DNA of 40,041 nt from positions 4,955 through 44,995 of the forward strand of contig QWRL01000002.1 in the NCBI GenBank assembly GCA_003670425.1. The letters are read 5' to 3'. The position numbers and the translations under genes were made by a program. Below the pieces are notes generated by a model that had not been told where the DNA came from, did no database searches, and worked only from the letters and a program-made list of their open reading frames with translations. Shown here in pieces: positions 16,746 through 24,445 of this stretch; position 1 is the stretch's first letter, and the number at the start of each line of letters is the position of its first letter. This stretch comes from Chloroflexota bacterium (GTDB lineage Bacteria > Chloroflexota > Anaerolineae > Anaerolineales > UBA11657).

Positions 16746-17842
16746 TTTTTTTTTACGGAGCTGGCCGGGTCATCTGCGGCTTGCGCGTCGCCCTTCTCGG
16801 ATTTGCCGGCTTCGCTGCGCGCCTGCTCCAGCCGTTCTTCGAGGCCGTTCAGGTCCACCACGGCGCTTTCAAGCGGGCCCTTGCGGGCGCGATGCGGCAG
16901 CGCCAGCTCAGCCGCCAGCAAAATGTCGCGGTCGGTAATGGCGCTGCGCCCTTCGAAGGCTGCCTGGGCGCGTGCGCCGCGCAAGATCACAAGGTCCGCG
17001 CGATGCCCATCCACGCGCAGGCCGGTGGTCAGCGCTGCAATTGTGCCCAGGTCCGCGCGCGTGTGCGTCACGGCCGGCAGGCGCTGCCGTGCAGCTTCAA
17101 TCTCGTGCGAGATGCGCTGCACTTCATTGCTCCACTCTGCGGCAAAAGCCTGCGCGTCAGCTTCGAAGCTCAGGTTGCGCTCCATAATCAGCACGCGGTC
17201 GCGCGCATTGTTGAGCCCCTGAATATCCACGGAGAACGCAAAGCGGTCCAGCAGCTGCGGGCGCAGATCGCCTTCTTCCGGATTCATGGTGCCCACTAGA
17301 ATGAAGCGCGCCGGATGCGAAAACGAAATGCCTTCGCGCTCCACCACATTGATGCCCATGGCGGCCGAGTCCAGCAGCAGGTCCACTACGTGGTCATCCA
17401 GCAGGTTTACCTCATCAATGTAAAGCAGGCCGAGGTTGGCGGAGGCCAAGATGCCGGGGTCAAAATGGCGCTCGCCTTTTTGGATCGCCTTCTCAATGTC
17501 AAGCGTGCCCACCACGCGGTCTTCGGTGGCGCTCACGGGCAGGTCTACAAACGGAGTGGTGCGCAGCGTGGACTGCAGTGTGCCGTTGACGCCCGCGCGC
17601 TCTACGCACTCGGTGCACCATTGGCCGGGCTGGGCGGGATCGCAGCCAAAGCGGCAGTTTGCCACCACCGCCACCTGCGGCAAAAGCGCTGCAAGTGCAC
17701 GCGCCGCAGTGGATTTGGCCGTGCCGCGCTCTCCGCGGATTAAAACGCCCCCAATGCGCGGGTTCACCGCATTCAGCAGCAGGGCGCGCTTCATGCGCTC
17801 TTGGCCCACAATGGCCGGAAATGGAAATATTTTGGAAGCCAT
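16736..17842 (-). CDS. ChlI/BchI-type AAA+ ATPase (Mg/Co-chelatase motor subunit family)
   Basis: FPFPAIVGQERMKRALLLNAVNPRIGGVLIRGERGTAKSTAARALAALLP closely follows the ChlI/BchI N-terminus and Walker A. LLYIDEVNLLDDHVVD is Walker B. ARFILVGTMNPEEGDLRPQLLDRF holds sensor and arginine-finger residues. The 0-frame ends three codons after the A9 run. Confidence 0.9.
   Translation of the reverse strand: MASKIFPFPAIVGQERMKRALLLNAVNPRIGGVLIRGERGTAKSTAARALAALLPQVAVVANCRFGCDPAQPGQWCTECVERAGVNGTLQSTLRTTPFVDLPVSATEDRVVGTLDIEKAIQKGERHFDPGILASANLGLLYIDEVNLLDDHVVDLLLDSAAMGINVVEREGISFSHPARFILVGTMNPEEGDLRPQLLDRFAFSVDIQGLNNARDRVLIMERNLSFEADAQAFAAEWSNEVQRISHEIEAARQRLPAVTHTRADLGTIAALTTGLRVDGHRADLVILRGARAQAAFEGRSAITDRDILLAAELALPHRARKGPLESAVVDLNGLEERLEQARSEAGKSEKGDAQAADDPASSVKKNRK
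16746..16754 (-). other. A9 homopolymer (T9 on the + strand): candidate -1 frameshift / transcriptional slippage site, or a homopolymer indel
   Basis: The minus strand reads tcc gta aaa aaa aac agg aag TAG in the ChlI frame. In the VWA frame it reads ctc cgt aaa aaa aaa cag gaa gta gcg. It is the only 9-nt homopolymer I saw inside coding sequence in the window. Confidence 0.7.
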
Positions 17843-17859
17843 TGTGCGCTGGAACCCTG

Positions 17860-17865
17860 ATTATA
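17860..17865 (-). promoter_or_regulatory. putative -10 box TATAAT (minus strand) for the ChlI operon
   Basis: The minus strand reads gggTATAATcagggttccagcgcacaATG, placing the box 20 nt upstream of ATG 17842. Confidence 0.4.
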
Positions 17866-17902
17866 CCCTTGAGCTGAATTTGCGCCTCCATTGGAAGTAA
17901 TC

Positions 17903-17908
17903 TATAAT
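17903..17908 (+). promoter_or_regulatory. putative -10 box TATAAT for rpsA
   Basis: The sequence tcTATAATgt lies 36 nt upstream of ATG 17945, with aggag at 17927-17931. This makes the track TTG start at 17891 implausible. Confidence 0.45.
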
Positions 17909-17944
17909 GTTGGCGGGAAGAAACACAGGAGCACTGCAACCGTA

Positions 17945-19267
17945 ATGATAGATATTAATCCGGCTCAAAACGAGCCGGAAGACATGGATGTGACCGCTTG
18001 GCTGCCGGACGAAAAACCTGAGGACTCGCTGCCCAAACCGGGCGAAATGCGCCAGGGCCGGATTGCGCGCATCTCGCCCACCGAAATCCTGATTGAGATT
18101 GGCACCAAGAGCGAAGGCGTGCTGAGCGAGCAGGAGCTGGCATCGCTGCCGCAGGCGCAGCGCGACGCGCTGCAAGTGGGCGCCATTGTCACCGTAGAGG
18201 TGCTTGGCGAATCGGAAGACGACGATGGCCGCATCCTGGTGTCGATGGCGCGCGTGCGCGAGGTGCGCCACTGGGGCCACCTCGATGAGCTGTTCGACAA
18301 GCAGCTGGCCATCACCGGCGAGATTGTGCACTTCAACAAAGGCGGCTTGATTGTATCTGCCCCGGAGTTTGCCGGGCAGCGTGCGTTCCTGCCATCTTCG
18401 CAGGTGGGGCTGGAGCGCCATCAGCGCGCCGTTGGCAGCACTCCGGCCGAGCGCTGGGGCAGCATGACCGGCGAAACGGTTGTGGTCAAAATTTTGGAGA
18501 AACCCGATGCGGAGCGCAACCGGCTGATTGTTTCTGAGCGCTCTGCCAGCAAAGAAGCGCGGGCTGTGCGCCGCAAGCAGGCCATGGATGCAATTGCGCC
18601 CGGGCAGGTGCACACCGGCCGCGTGGTTTCCATTTCCAGCTTTGGCGCCTTTGTGGATATTGGCGGCGCGGACGGGCTGGTGCATCTCTCCGAGCTTTCG
18701 TGGCGCCACATCGACCACCCGAAGGAAGTGGTGCGCGTCGGGCAGCAGTTGCAGGTCAAGGTGCTGTCAGTGGATTTTGAGCGCCAGCGCATTGCACTCT
18801 CCAGCCGTGTGATTGAGCAAAATCCGTGGGAGGCATTCGCCTCCAAGTTTCAGGACGGGCAGCTGGTGCGTGCCACCATCACGCGCCTCACAAAGTTTGG
18901 CGCCTTTGCCACCATCTCCGCGGCGCCGGAAATTGAGGGCCTCGTGCATGTATCCGAGCTGGCAAACAATACCGTGGAACACGCCCGTGAAGTGGTATCG
19001 CAAGGCGAAGAACTGACGCTGCGCATTCTGAAGATTGAGCTTGAGCAGCAGCGCGTGCGCCTGAGCCTGCGCGAGGTGGCCTCGGCAAATTATGCCGAGC
19101 AAGACTACGCCTTCTACATGGCTGCCACGGATGCACAAGGTGCTGCACCGGAAGCCGCCGCCCCCGAAAATTCCGCCGGCGAGCCCGGTATGCCGCAAGA
19201 CGCTGCGCTGGATGAAGGTGCCAGCGGGCCGGCAGCAAGCGACTCGTCCGCTGCCGACGGAAACTAA
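17945..19267 (+). CDS. rpsA: 30S ribosomal protein S1
   Basis: Four or more S1 OB-fold repeats, e.g. GRVVSISSFGAFVDIGGADGLVHLSELSW and RATITRLTKFGAFATISAAPEIEGLVHVSEL. An acidic/Ala-rich C-terminal tail follows. Confidence 0.9.
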   Translation: MIDINPAQNEPEDMDVTAWLPDEKPEDSLPKPGEMRQGRIARISPTEILIEIGTKSEGVLSEQELASLPQAQRDALQVGAIVTVEVLGESEDDDGRILVSMARVREVRHWGHLDELFDKQLAITGEIVHFNKGGLIVSAPEFAGQRAFLPSSQVGLERHQRAVGSTPAERWGSMTGETVVVKILEKPDAERNRLIVSERSASKEARAVRRKQAMDAIAPGQVHTGRVVSISSFGAFVDIGGADGLVHLSELSWRHIDHPKEVVRVGQQLQVKVLSVDFERQRIALSSRVIEQNPWEAFASKFQDGQLVRATITRLTKFGAFATISAAPEIEGLVHVSELANNTVEHAREVVSQGEELTLRILKIELEQQRVRLSLREVASANYAEQDYAFYMAATDAQGAAPEAAAPENSAGEPGMPQDAALDEGASGPAASDSSAADGN

Positions 19268-19282
19268 GACCAGAATTGCAGT

Positions 19283-19315
19283 AAAGTGCGGCTAAAGCCG
19301 CACTTTTTATTTATT
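19283..19315 (+). terminator. intrinsic terminator after rpsA
   Basis: The stem is aaagtgcggc pairing with gccgcacttt, with loop taaa, followed by tttttatttatt. Confidence 0.85.
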
Positions 19316-19383
19316 GATGCTAATCAAAGCGGTGTTTGTGCAGATTAATGTTTTATTAGCATAACGGCGCGGCAGCTGTTGTT

Positions 19384-19392
19384 TGGTACAAT
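19384..19392 (+). promoter_or_regulatory. putative extended -10 promoter TGgTACAAT for clpC
   Basis: The sequence gtttGGTACAATtttt was read directly. It lies about 30 nt upstream of GTG 19422, which has gggagga 8 nt upstream. Confidence 0.4.
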
Positions 19393-19421
19393 TTTTGCAA
19401 GGTATCTGGGAGGACTAACCA

Positions 19422-21953
19422 GTGGCAGATAACATGGCTCGCTTTACACAACGCGCCCGCCGCGTGCTCAGCATTGCGCAGGAGCAGGCGGAGCGCATGC
19501 GCCAGAATGTGATTGGCACTGAGCATTTGCTGCTGGGCCTGATGCTGGAAGATGGCGGCGTTGCCAGCCGGGTGCTGCACGATGTGGGCATCGAAATTGA
19601 TCGCCTGCAGGAAACCGTACAGAAGCTGGGCGGCACCGGGAAAGCAGCTGCCAAAGGCAAGCTGGAGCTGGCGCCCTCCACCAAAGAAATTCTTAAATGT
19701 GCGATTGAAGAAGCGCGCCGCATGGACCACCATTACATTGGCACCGAGCATCTGATCCTCGGGCTGGTGCGGCTGGATGACAGCGTGGCAATGGAAGTGT
19801 TGAAGCAGCTGGGTTCCTCGGCGGAGCAAATCCGCCGCAGCACGCGCCGCATTCTGCAGGAGACTCCCACCCCCACAAAGGAACTGCAGCCCGCAGCGCA
19901 GCCCGCCACCAAGCGCAAATCAAAAGACAAAACCAAGACGCCGCTCTCAGACCAGCTGGCCACCGACCTGACGGCACTGGCCGAGCAGGGCAAACTGGAT
20001 CCGGTCATCGGGCGGGTTACAGAAGTGGAGCGTGTGATTCAAATTCTGGCGCGGCGCACCAAGAACAACCCGGCACTGATTGGCGAGCCGGGCGTGGGCA
20101 AGACTGCAATTGTGGAAGGCTTGGCGCAGCGCATCGTCAACAGCGATGTGCCCGAACTGCTGCTGGGCAAGCGCGTCCTGCAGCTGGATGTGGGCTCGCT
20201 GGTGGCCGGCACCATGTATCGCGGGCAGTTTGAGGAGCGCCTCAAGCGTGTGATCGACGAGGTCAAGCAGTCCGGCGCAATCTTGTTCATCGATGAAGTG
20301 CACATGCTGGTGGGCGCTGGCGCTGCGGGTTCCTCCGTGGATGCCGCCAACATCCTCAAGCCGGCGCTGGCGCGCGGCGAGATGCAGGTGATTGGCGCCA
20401 CCACGCTTGATGAGTACCGCAAGCACATTGAAAGCGATGCCGCCCTCGAGCGGCGCTTCCAGCCCATCACCGTGGACGAGCCCTCGCCGGAGGAAACCAT
20501 TGCCATCCTGCACGGCATCCGCGAGCGCTATGAGCAGCATCACAAGCTTTCCATCACCGATGAAGCTATCAACGCTGCGGTGGAGATGGCCGTGCGTTAT
20601 GTGCCCGACCGCTTTTTGCCGGACAAGGCCATCGACCTGATTGACGAGTCATCTTCGCGCGTGCGCATGTACAAGAGCCCGCGCGAGAAGCAACTGCGCC
20701 AGATGCTCTCCGAGCTGCGCCAGGCGCGCAGTGATTTGGAGCGCGCAACGCAAGAGGCGCGCAGTGCGGACGGACAGGAGCTGCGCCAGCGGGAAGAGAT
20801 GCTGGAGCAGCGCCTGGAGAAGCTGCGCGGCGGATGGGACCAGGCTGCGGCGCCCAAAGTGGTGGCGCAAGACATTGCCGAAGTGGTGTCGATGTGGACC
20901 GGCGTGCCGGCCACGCAAATTACCGAGGCCGAGTCTGAGCGCCTGCTCAAAATGGAAGACGCCATTCGCGAGCGCATCGTGGGGCAGGATGTGGCCATCA
21001 GCGCCATCTCGCGTGCCGTGCGCCGCGCGCGCGCCGGCCTCAATGATCCGCGCCGGCCGATCGGCGCCTTCATGTTCCTGGGACCCACGGGTGTGGGCAA
21101 GACGGAGCTCACCAAAGCACTTGCCAGTTTTATGTTTGGCTCGGAAGCGGCGTTGATCCAACTGGACATGTCTGAGTTTATGGAGCGCCACTCTGTGAGC
21201 CGTTTGGTGGGCGCTCCCCCCGGCTATGTGGGCTATGACGATGCCGGGCAGCTGACCGAGGGCGTGCGCCGCAAGCCCTACTCGATTGTTGTGTTTGACG
21301 AGATTGAGAAGGCGCACCCGGAAGCCCACAACATGCTGCTGCAAATTATGGAGGAGGGCCAGCTTTCCGACGCGCGCGGGCGCAAGGTGAGCTTCCGCAA
21401 TGCCATCATTGTAATGACCTCCAACATTGGCGCTGAGCTGATCAAGCGCCAGAACCTTGGCTTCCAAGGCAAGCTGGACGAGGCGCGCGAGGCACAGGAA
21501 TCCTACGACACGATGAAGAAGAAACTCACCGAGTCATTGCGGCGCGTGTTCCGCCCGGAGTTCATCAACCGCCTGGATGACACCGTGGTGTTCCGTTCGC
21601 TGGGGCAGGCTGACATCAGCAAGATTGTGGATTTGGAGCTGGCCAAAGTTGCCGGGCGCATCAAGTCCAAGGGCTTTGACCTGAAAATTTCGGATGCGGC
21701 GCGCAAGTTCATCTCCACTGAGGGATACGATGCGGAGTTTGGTGCGCGGCCGCTGCGCCGCGTGATCCACCAGCATGTGGAAGACGCCATGACGGATGCG
21801 CTGCTTTCTTCCAAGGCCGGCACTGGCCGGGCGCTTGTGGACTACGACGAGAGCACCAAGAAGATCACCGTAAAGATACGCAAGGGCCGGGCGCCTTCCG
21901 CAGGCAAGGCCGCCAAGGCCAAAGCCGAAGTGGCCGCACTGCCGGCCGCGTAA
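19422..21953 (+). CDS. clpC: ATP-dependent Clp protease ATP-binding subunit ClpC (class I Clp/Hsp100)
   Basis: The Clp N-domain repeats begin [19 protein letters not shown]. There are two AAA+ modules ([15 protein letters not shown] and [17 protein letters not shown]) and a short ClpC-type middle domain. GAR sensor-2 motif in [12 protein letters not shown]. The start is GTG 19422 (better SD spacing) or ATG 19434. Confidence 0.93.
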   Translation: MADNMARFTQRARRVLSIAQEQAERMRQNVIGTEHLLLGLMLEDGGVASRVLHDVGIEIDRLQETVQKLGGTGKAAAKGKLELAPSTKEILKCAIEEARRMDHHYIGTEHLILGLVRLDDSVAMEVLKQLGSSAEQIRRSTRRILQETPTPTKELQPAAQPATKRKSKDKTKTPLSDQLATDLTALAEQGKLDPVIGRVTEVERVIQILARRTKNNPALIGEPGVGKTAIVEGLAQRIVNSDVPELLLGKRVLQLDVGSLVAGTMYRGQFEERLKRVIDEVKQSGAILFIDEVHMLVGAGAAGSSVDAANILKPALARGEMQVIGATTLDEYRKHIESDAALERRFQPITVDEPSPEETIAILHGIRERYEQHHKLSITDEAINAAVEMAVRYVPDRFLPDKAIDLIDESSSRVRMYKSPREKQLRQMLSELRQARSDLERATQEARSADGQELRQREEMLEQRLEKLRGGWDQAAAPKVVAQDIAEVVSMWTGVPATQITEAESERLLKMEDAIRERIVGQDVAISAISRAVRRARAGLNDPRRPIGAFMFLGPTGVGKTELTKALASFMFGSEAALIQLDMSEFMERHSVSRLVGAPPGYVGYDDAGQLTEGVRRKPYSIVVFDEIEKAHPEAHNMLLQIMEEGQLSDARGRKVSFRNAIIVMTSNIGAELIKRQNLGFQGKLDEAREAQESYDTMKKKLTESLRRVFRPEFINRLDDTVVFRSLGQADISKIVDLELAKVAGRIKSKGFDLKISDAARKFISTEGYDAEFGARPLRRVIHQHVEDAMTDALLSSKAGTGRALVDYDESTKKITVKIRKGRAPSAGKAAKAKAEVAALPAA

Positions 21954-21966
21954 ACCAGCCCCCTGC

Positions 21967-22005
21967 GAGGCGGCTTGCAAAAACTGCAAGCCGCCTCTTT
22001 TTTTT
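21967..22005 (+). terminator. intrinsic terminator after clpC
   Basis: A perfect 13-bp stem, gaggcggcttgca pairing with tgcaagccgcctc, with loop aaaac and then T8. Confidence 0.9.
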
Positions 22006-22037
22006 GGTGGTTGCGCCACAGAGTGTGTTGGCGCGCC

Positions 22038-22043
22038 TATAAT
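22038..22043 (+). promoter_or_regulatory. putative -10 box TATAAT for radA
   Basis: The sequence ccTATAATcc lies 15 nt upstream of ATG 22059. It sits inside the track ORF 5' extension, which is therefore rejected. Confidence 0.4.
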
Positions 22044-22058
22044 CCAAGCGCCAAACCT

Positions 22059-23444
22059 ATGCCCGCTGATAGAACCGATTATGTGTGCCGCAATTGCGCG
22101 CGCGTTGTGCCGCGCCCGATGGGCAAGTGCCCGCAATGCGGCGAGTTCAACCCCTTTGAAGCAGTGACGGTGCAGGCGCCGGCGCGCACGCGGCGCGCGG
22201 CAGCAGCCGCTGCCGGCGCAGCAGCCGTGCCGCAGCGCCTGAGCGATATTGCGGGCGATGTGGAAGCGCGCCTGCCGCTGGCCATGAATGAGTTTGCGCG
22301 CGTGCTGGGTGGCGGCATTGTGCCGGGCTCCGTGGTGTTGATTGGCGGCGACCCCGGCATTGGCAAGAGCACGCTCATGCTGCAAGTGGCGGGCGATCTG
22401 GCGCACAGCATGCCCGTGCTGTATGTGTCCGGCGAAGAGTCGGCGCGCCAGATTAAGATGCGCGCGCTGCGCCTGGAGAACGGCACCGCTGTGCACGCCG
22501 AGAATTTGCTGCTGATGACCGAGACCGGCCTGGAGAACATACTGGCGCAGATTGATGCAAGCGGCGCACGCGTGGTGGTAATCGACTCAATTCAGACCAC
22601 GCATTGCGGAGACGTTGAGTCGGCTGCCGGCTCAATCACACAGGTGCGCGAGTGTGCTGCACGCCTGACTGCGCTTGCCAAGCGCAGCGCAGCCGCCATC
22701 TTTTTGGTGGGGCATGTAAACAAGGAAGGCACGCTGGCCGGGCCGCGCGTGCTTGAGCACATGGTGGACACTGTGCTCTACCTCGAAGGCGACCGCCATC
22801 ACGTCTATCGCCTGCTGCGCAGCGTGAAGAACCGCTTTGGCCCAACCTCGGAGCTGGGGGTGTTTGAGATGCGCGGTGCCGGCATGGTGGAGGTGGCCAA
22901 TCCGTCTGAGGCTTTTCTGGCGGAGCGCCTGCAAAGCGCACCGGGCTCTGCGATTGCGGTGCCGCTGGAGGGCACGCGCCCGCTGCTGGTGGAAGTGCAG
23001 GCGCTGGCCAGCCCTACCGCGTTTGGCAATCCGCGCCGCACTGCAAACGGGGTGGACTTTAACCGCCTGCTGCTGGTGACTGCAGTGCTGACGCGCCGGC
23101 TGGGCCTGCGGCTTGCCGACCAGGATGTGTTTGTAAATGTGATTGGCGGCATGACAATTGAAGAGCCGGCTGCGGATCTTGCAATGGCTGTGGCGATTGC
23201 GTCCTCAGTGCGCGACCTGCCGGTGGCGGCTGATGTTGCGCTGGTGGGCGAGGTGGGTTTGTCTGGCGAGCTGCGCGCCGTGAGCCAGCTGGATACGCGC
23301 CTGCGCGAGGCGGCCAAGCTGGGCTTCAAGCGTGCCGTAGTGCCGCGTGTGCTGGTGCAAACCGAGCCGTTTCCGGCGGGCATCACGGTAATCCAGGCGC
23401 CATCCGTGGGCGATGCGCTGCGGATTGTGCTGCCGGCCGCGTAA
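22059..23444 (+). CDS. radA: DNA repair protein RadA/Sms
   Basis: N-terminal zinc finger YVCRNCARVVPRPMGKCPQCGEFN. Walker A GGDPGIGKSTLMLQ. The RadA-specific motif KNRFGPTSELGVFEM is present, plus a Lon-like C-terminal domain. Confidence 0.95.
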   Translation: MPADRTDYVCRNCARVVPRPMGKCPQCGEFNPFEAVTVQAPARTRRAAAAAAGAAAVPQRLSDIAGDVEARLPLAMNEFARVLGGGIVPGSVVLIGGDPGIGKSTLMLQVAGDLAHSMPVLYVSGEESARQIKMRALRLENGTAVHAENLLLMTETGLENILAQIDASGARVVVIDSIQTTHCGDVESAAGSITQVRECAARLTALAKRSAAAIFLVGHVNKEGTLAGPRVLEHMVDTVLYLEGDRHHVYRLLRSVKNRFGPTSELGVFEMRGAGMVEVANPSEAFLAERLQSAPGSAIAVPLEGTRPLLVEVQALASPTAFGNPRRTANGVDFNRLLLVTAVLTRRLGLRLADQDVFVNVIGGMTIEEPAADLAMAVAIASSVRDLPVAADVALVGEVGLSGELRAVSQLDTRLREAAKLGFKRAVVPRVLVQTEPFPAGITVIQAPSVGDALRIVLPAA

Positions 23445-23488
23445 AACACCCCCGAAACCGCACAAGCCCAAAGCCCGCAGCACACGGC

Positions 23489-23494
23489 TATACT
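23489..23494 (+). promoter_or_regulatory. putative -10 box TATACT, 7 nt upstream of ATG 23502 (leaderless candidate)
   Basis: The sequence ggcTATACTgcatcccATG was read directly. Confidence 0.4.
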
Positions 23495-23501
23495 GCATCC
23501 C

Positions 23502-24404
23502 ATGCTGCAAAAGCTGGGCGAGCAGTTGCAACAGGCGCGTCAGGCGCGCGGCGTCTCGCTGGAAGATGCTGAGCGCATCATCCGCATCCGCCGCAAATAT
23601 TTGGCGGCGCTGGAGCGTGGTGACCATTTAGCGCTGCCCACGCCGCTGCAGGTGCGCGGCTTTTTGCAGAGCTACAGCACTTATCTTGGCCTGGATGCGG
23701 CCGCATTAGTGGCACAGCTGGATCTGGCGCTGGCGGCTGCCCGCCGCACCAACCGCTGGCAGGTGCGTGGCTTTGAGGCTGGCCGGGCCGGGTCGCCACT
23801 CGTGGCGCGCGTTAGCGGGCGCCGCATGCCTTTTCATTCCATCGCTAACAAACCCAGCAGCTGGCGCCGCGTGCAGCGCATTGTCAATTTTGAATTGTTG
23901 GCGATGCTAACAGTGATTGCGGCGCTGGGTTGGGCATTGGTGTGGGGCGGCCGGCGCATTGCGCCGACGCTGCTGGCCACGGCGCTGCCGGCCGGCACGC
24001 TGGCAGCGGTTGTCCCAACCGCCACGCCCACGCTCATCCAAGAGGTGCTGCAAACCCCCACGCCGCCGCCGCCGCTTGCCACTTTTACAGATGTGCAGCT
24101 GGGCTTGTTGTTTGAGCAGCGCAGCTATGTGCGCGTGCTTGTAGATGACCGGCTGGATTTTGACGGGCAGGTTGTTGTGGGTGAGCGGCTGGAGTACACC
24201 GGTGTGCAGCGCGTGGAGGTCACCACCGCCAACGGCGCCGGGGTGCGCGTGCAATTCAATCAGCGGGACGAGGGCTTGATGGGTGCATTTGGCGAGAATG
24301 TGACATGGGTGTTTTTGCCAAACCAAAAAAGTACGCCCACGCCGGGTGCGCCGCTGGCGCCCAGTGCGGAGACGCCCGCACCGGCTGGCACAAAGGTGCC
24401 GTGA
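23502..24404 (+). CDS. RodZ-like helix-turn-helix (XRE family) membrane protein with a DUF4115-like C-terminal domain
   Basis: N-terminal HTH LGEQLQQARQARGVSLEDAERIIRIRRKYLAALERGD. A central TM helix LLAMLTVIAALGWALVWG. The C-terminal beta-rich segment is SYVRVLVDDRLDFDGQVVVGERLEYTG. Confidence 0.75.
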   Translation: MLQKLGEQLQQARQARGVSLEDAERIIRIRRKYLAALERGDHLALPTPLQVRGFLQSYSTYLGLDAAALVAQLDLALAAARRTNRWQVRGFEAGRAGSPLVARVSGRRMPFHSIANKPSSWRRVQRIVNFELLAMLTVIAALGWALVWGGRRIAPTLLATALPAGTLAAVVPTATPTLIQEVLQTPTPPPPLATFTDVQLGLLFEQRSYVRVLVDDRLDFDGQVVVGERLEYTGVQRVEVTTANGAGVRVQFNQRDEGLMGAFGENVTWVFLPNQKSTPTPGAPLAPSAETPAPAGTKVP

Positions 24405-24432
24405 TGCGCCAGCCTGCAGACTGCTGCGCAGT

Positions 24433-24438
24433 TATAGT
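24433..24438 (+). promoter_or_regulatory. putative -10 box TATAGT, 7 nt upstream of ATG 24446 (leaderless candidate)
   Basis: The sequence gtTATAGTttgagcgATG was read directly. Confidence 0.35.
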
Positions 24439-24445
24439 TTGAGCG

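Noticed and set aside
19317-19362. TGCTAA / TTAGCA half-sites reminiscent of the HrcA CIRCE element
   Set aside because: The orientation is reversed and the spacing wrong: N30 instead of TTAGCACTC-N9-GAGTGCTAA. The inner CTC/GAG parts are absent. I kept it only as a generic inverted repeat.
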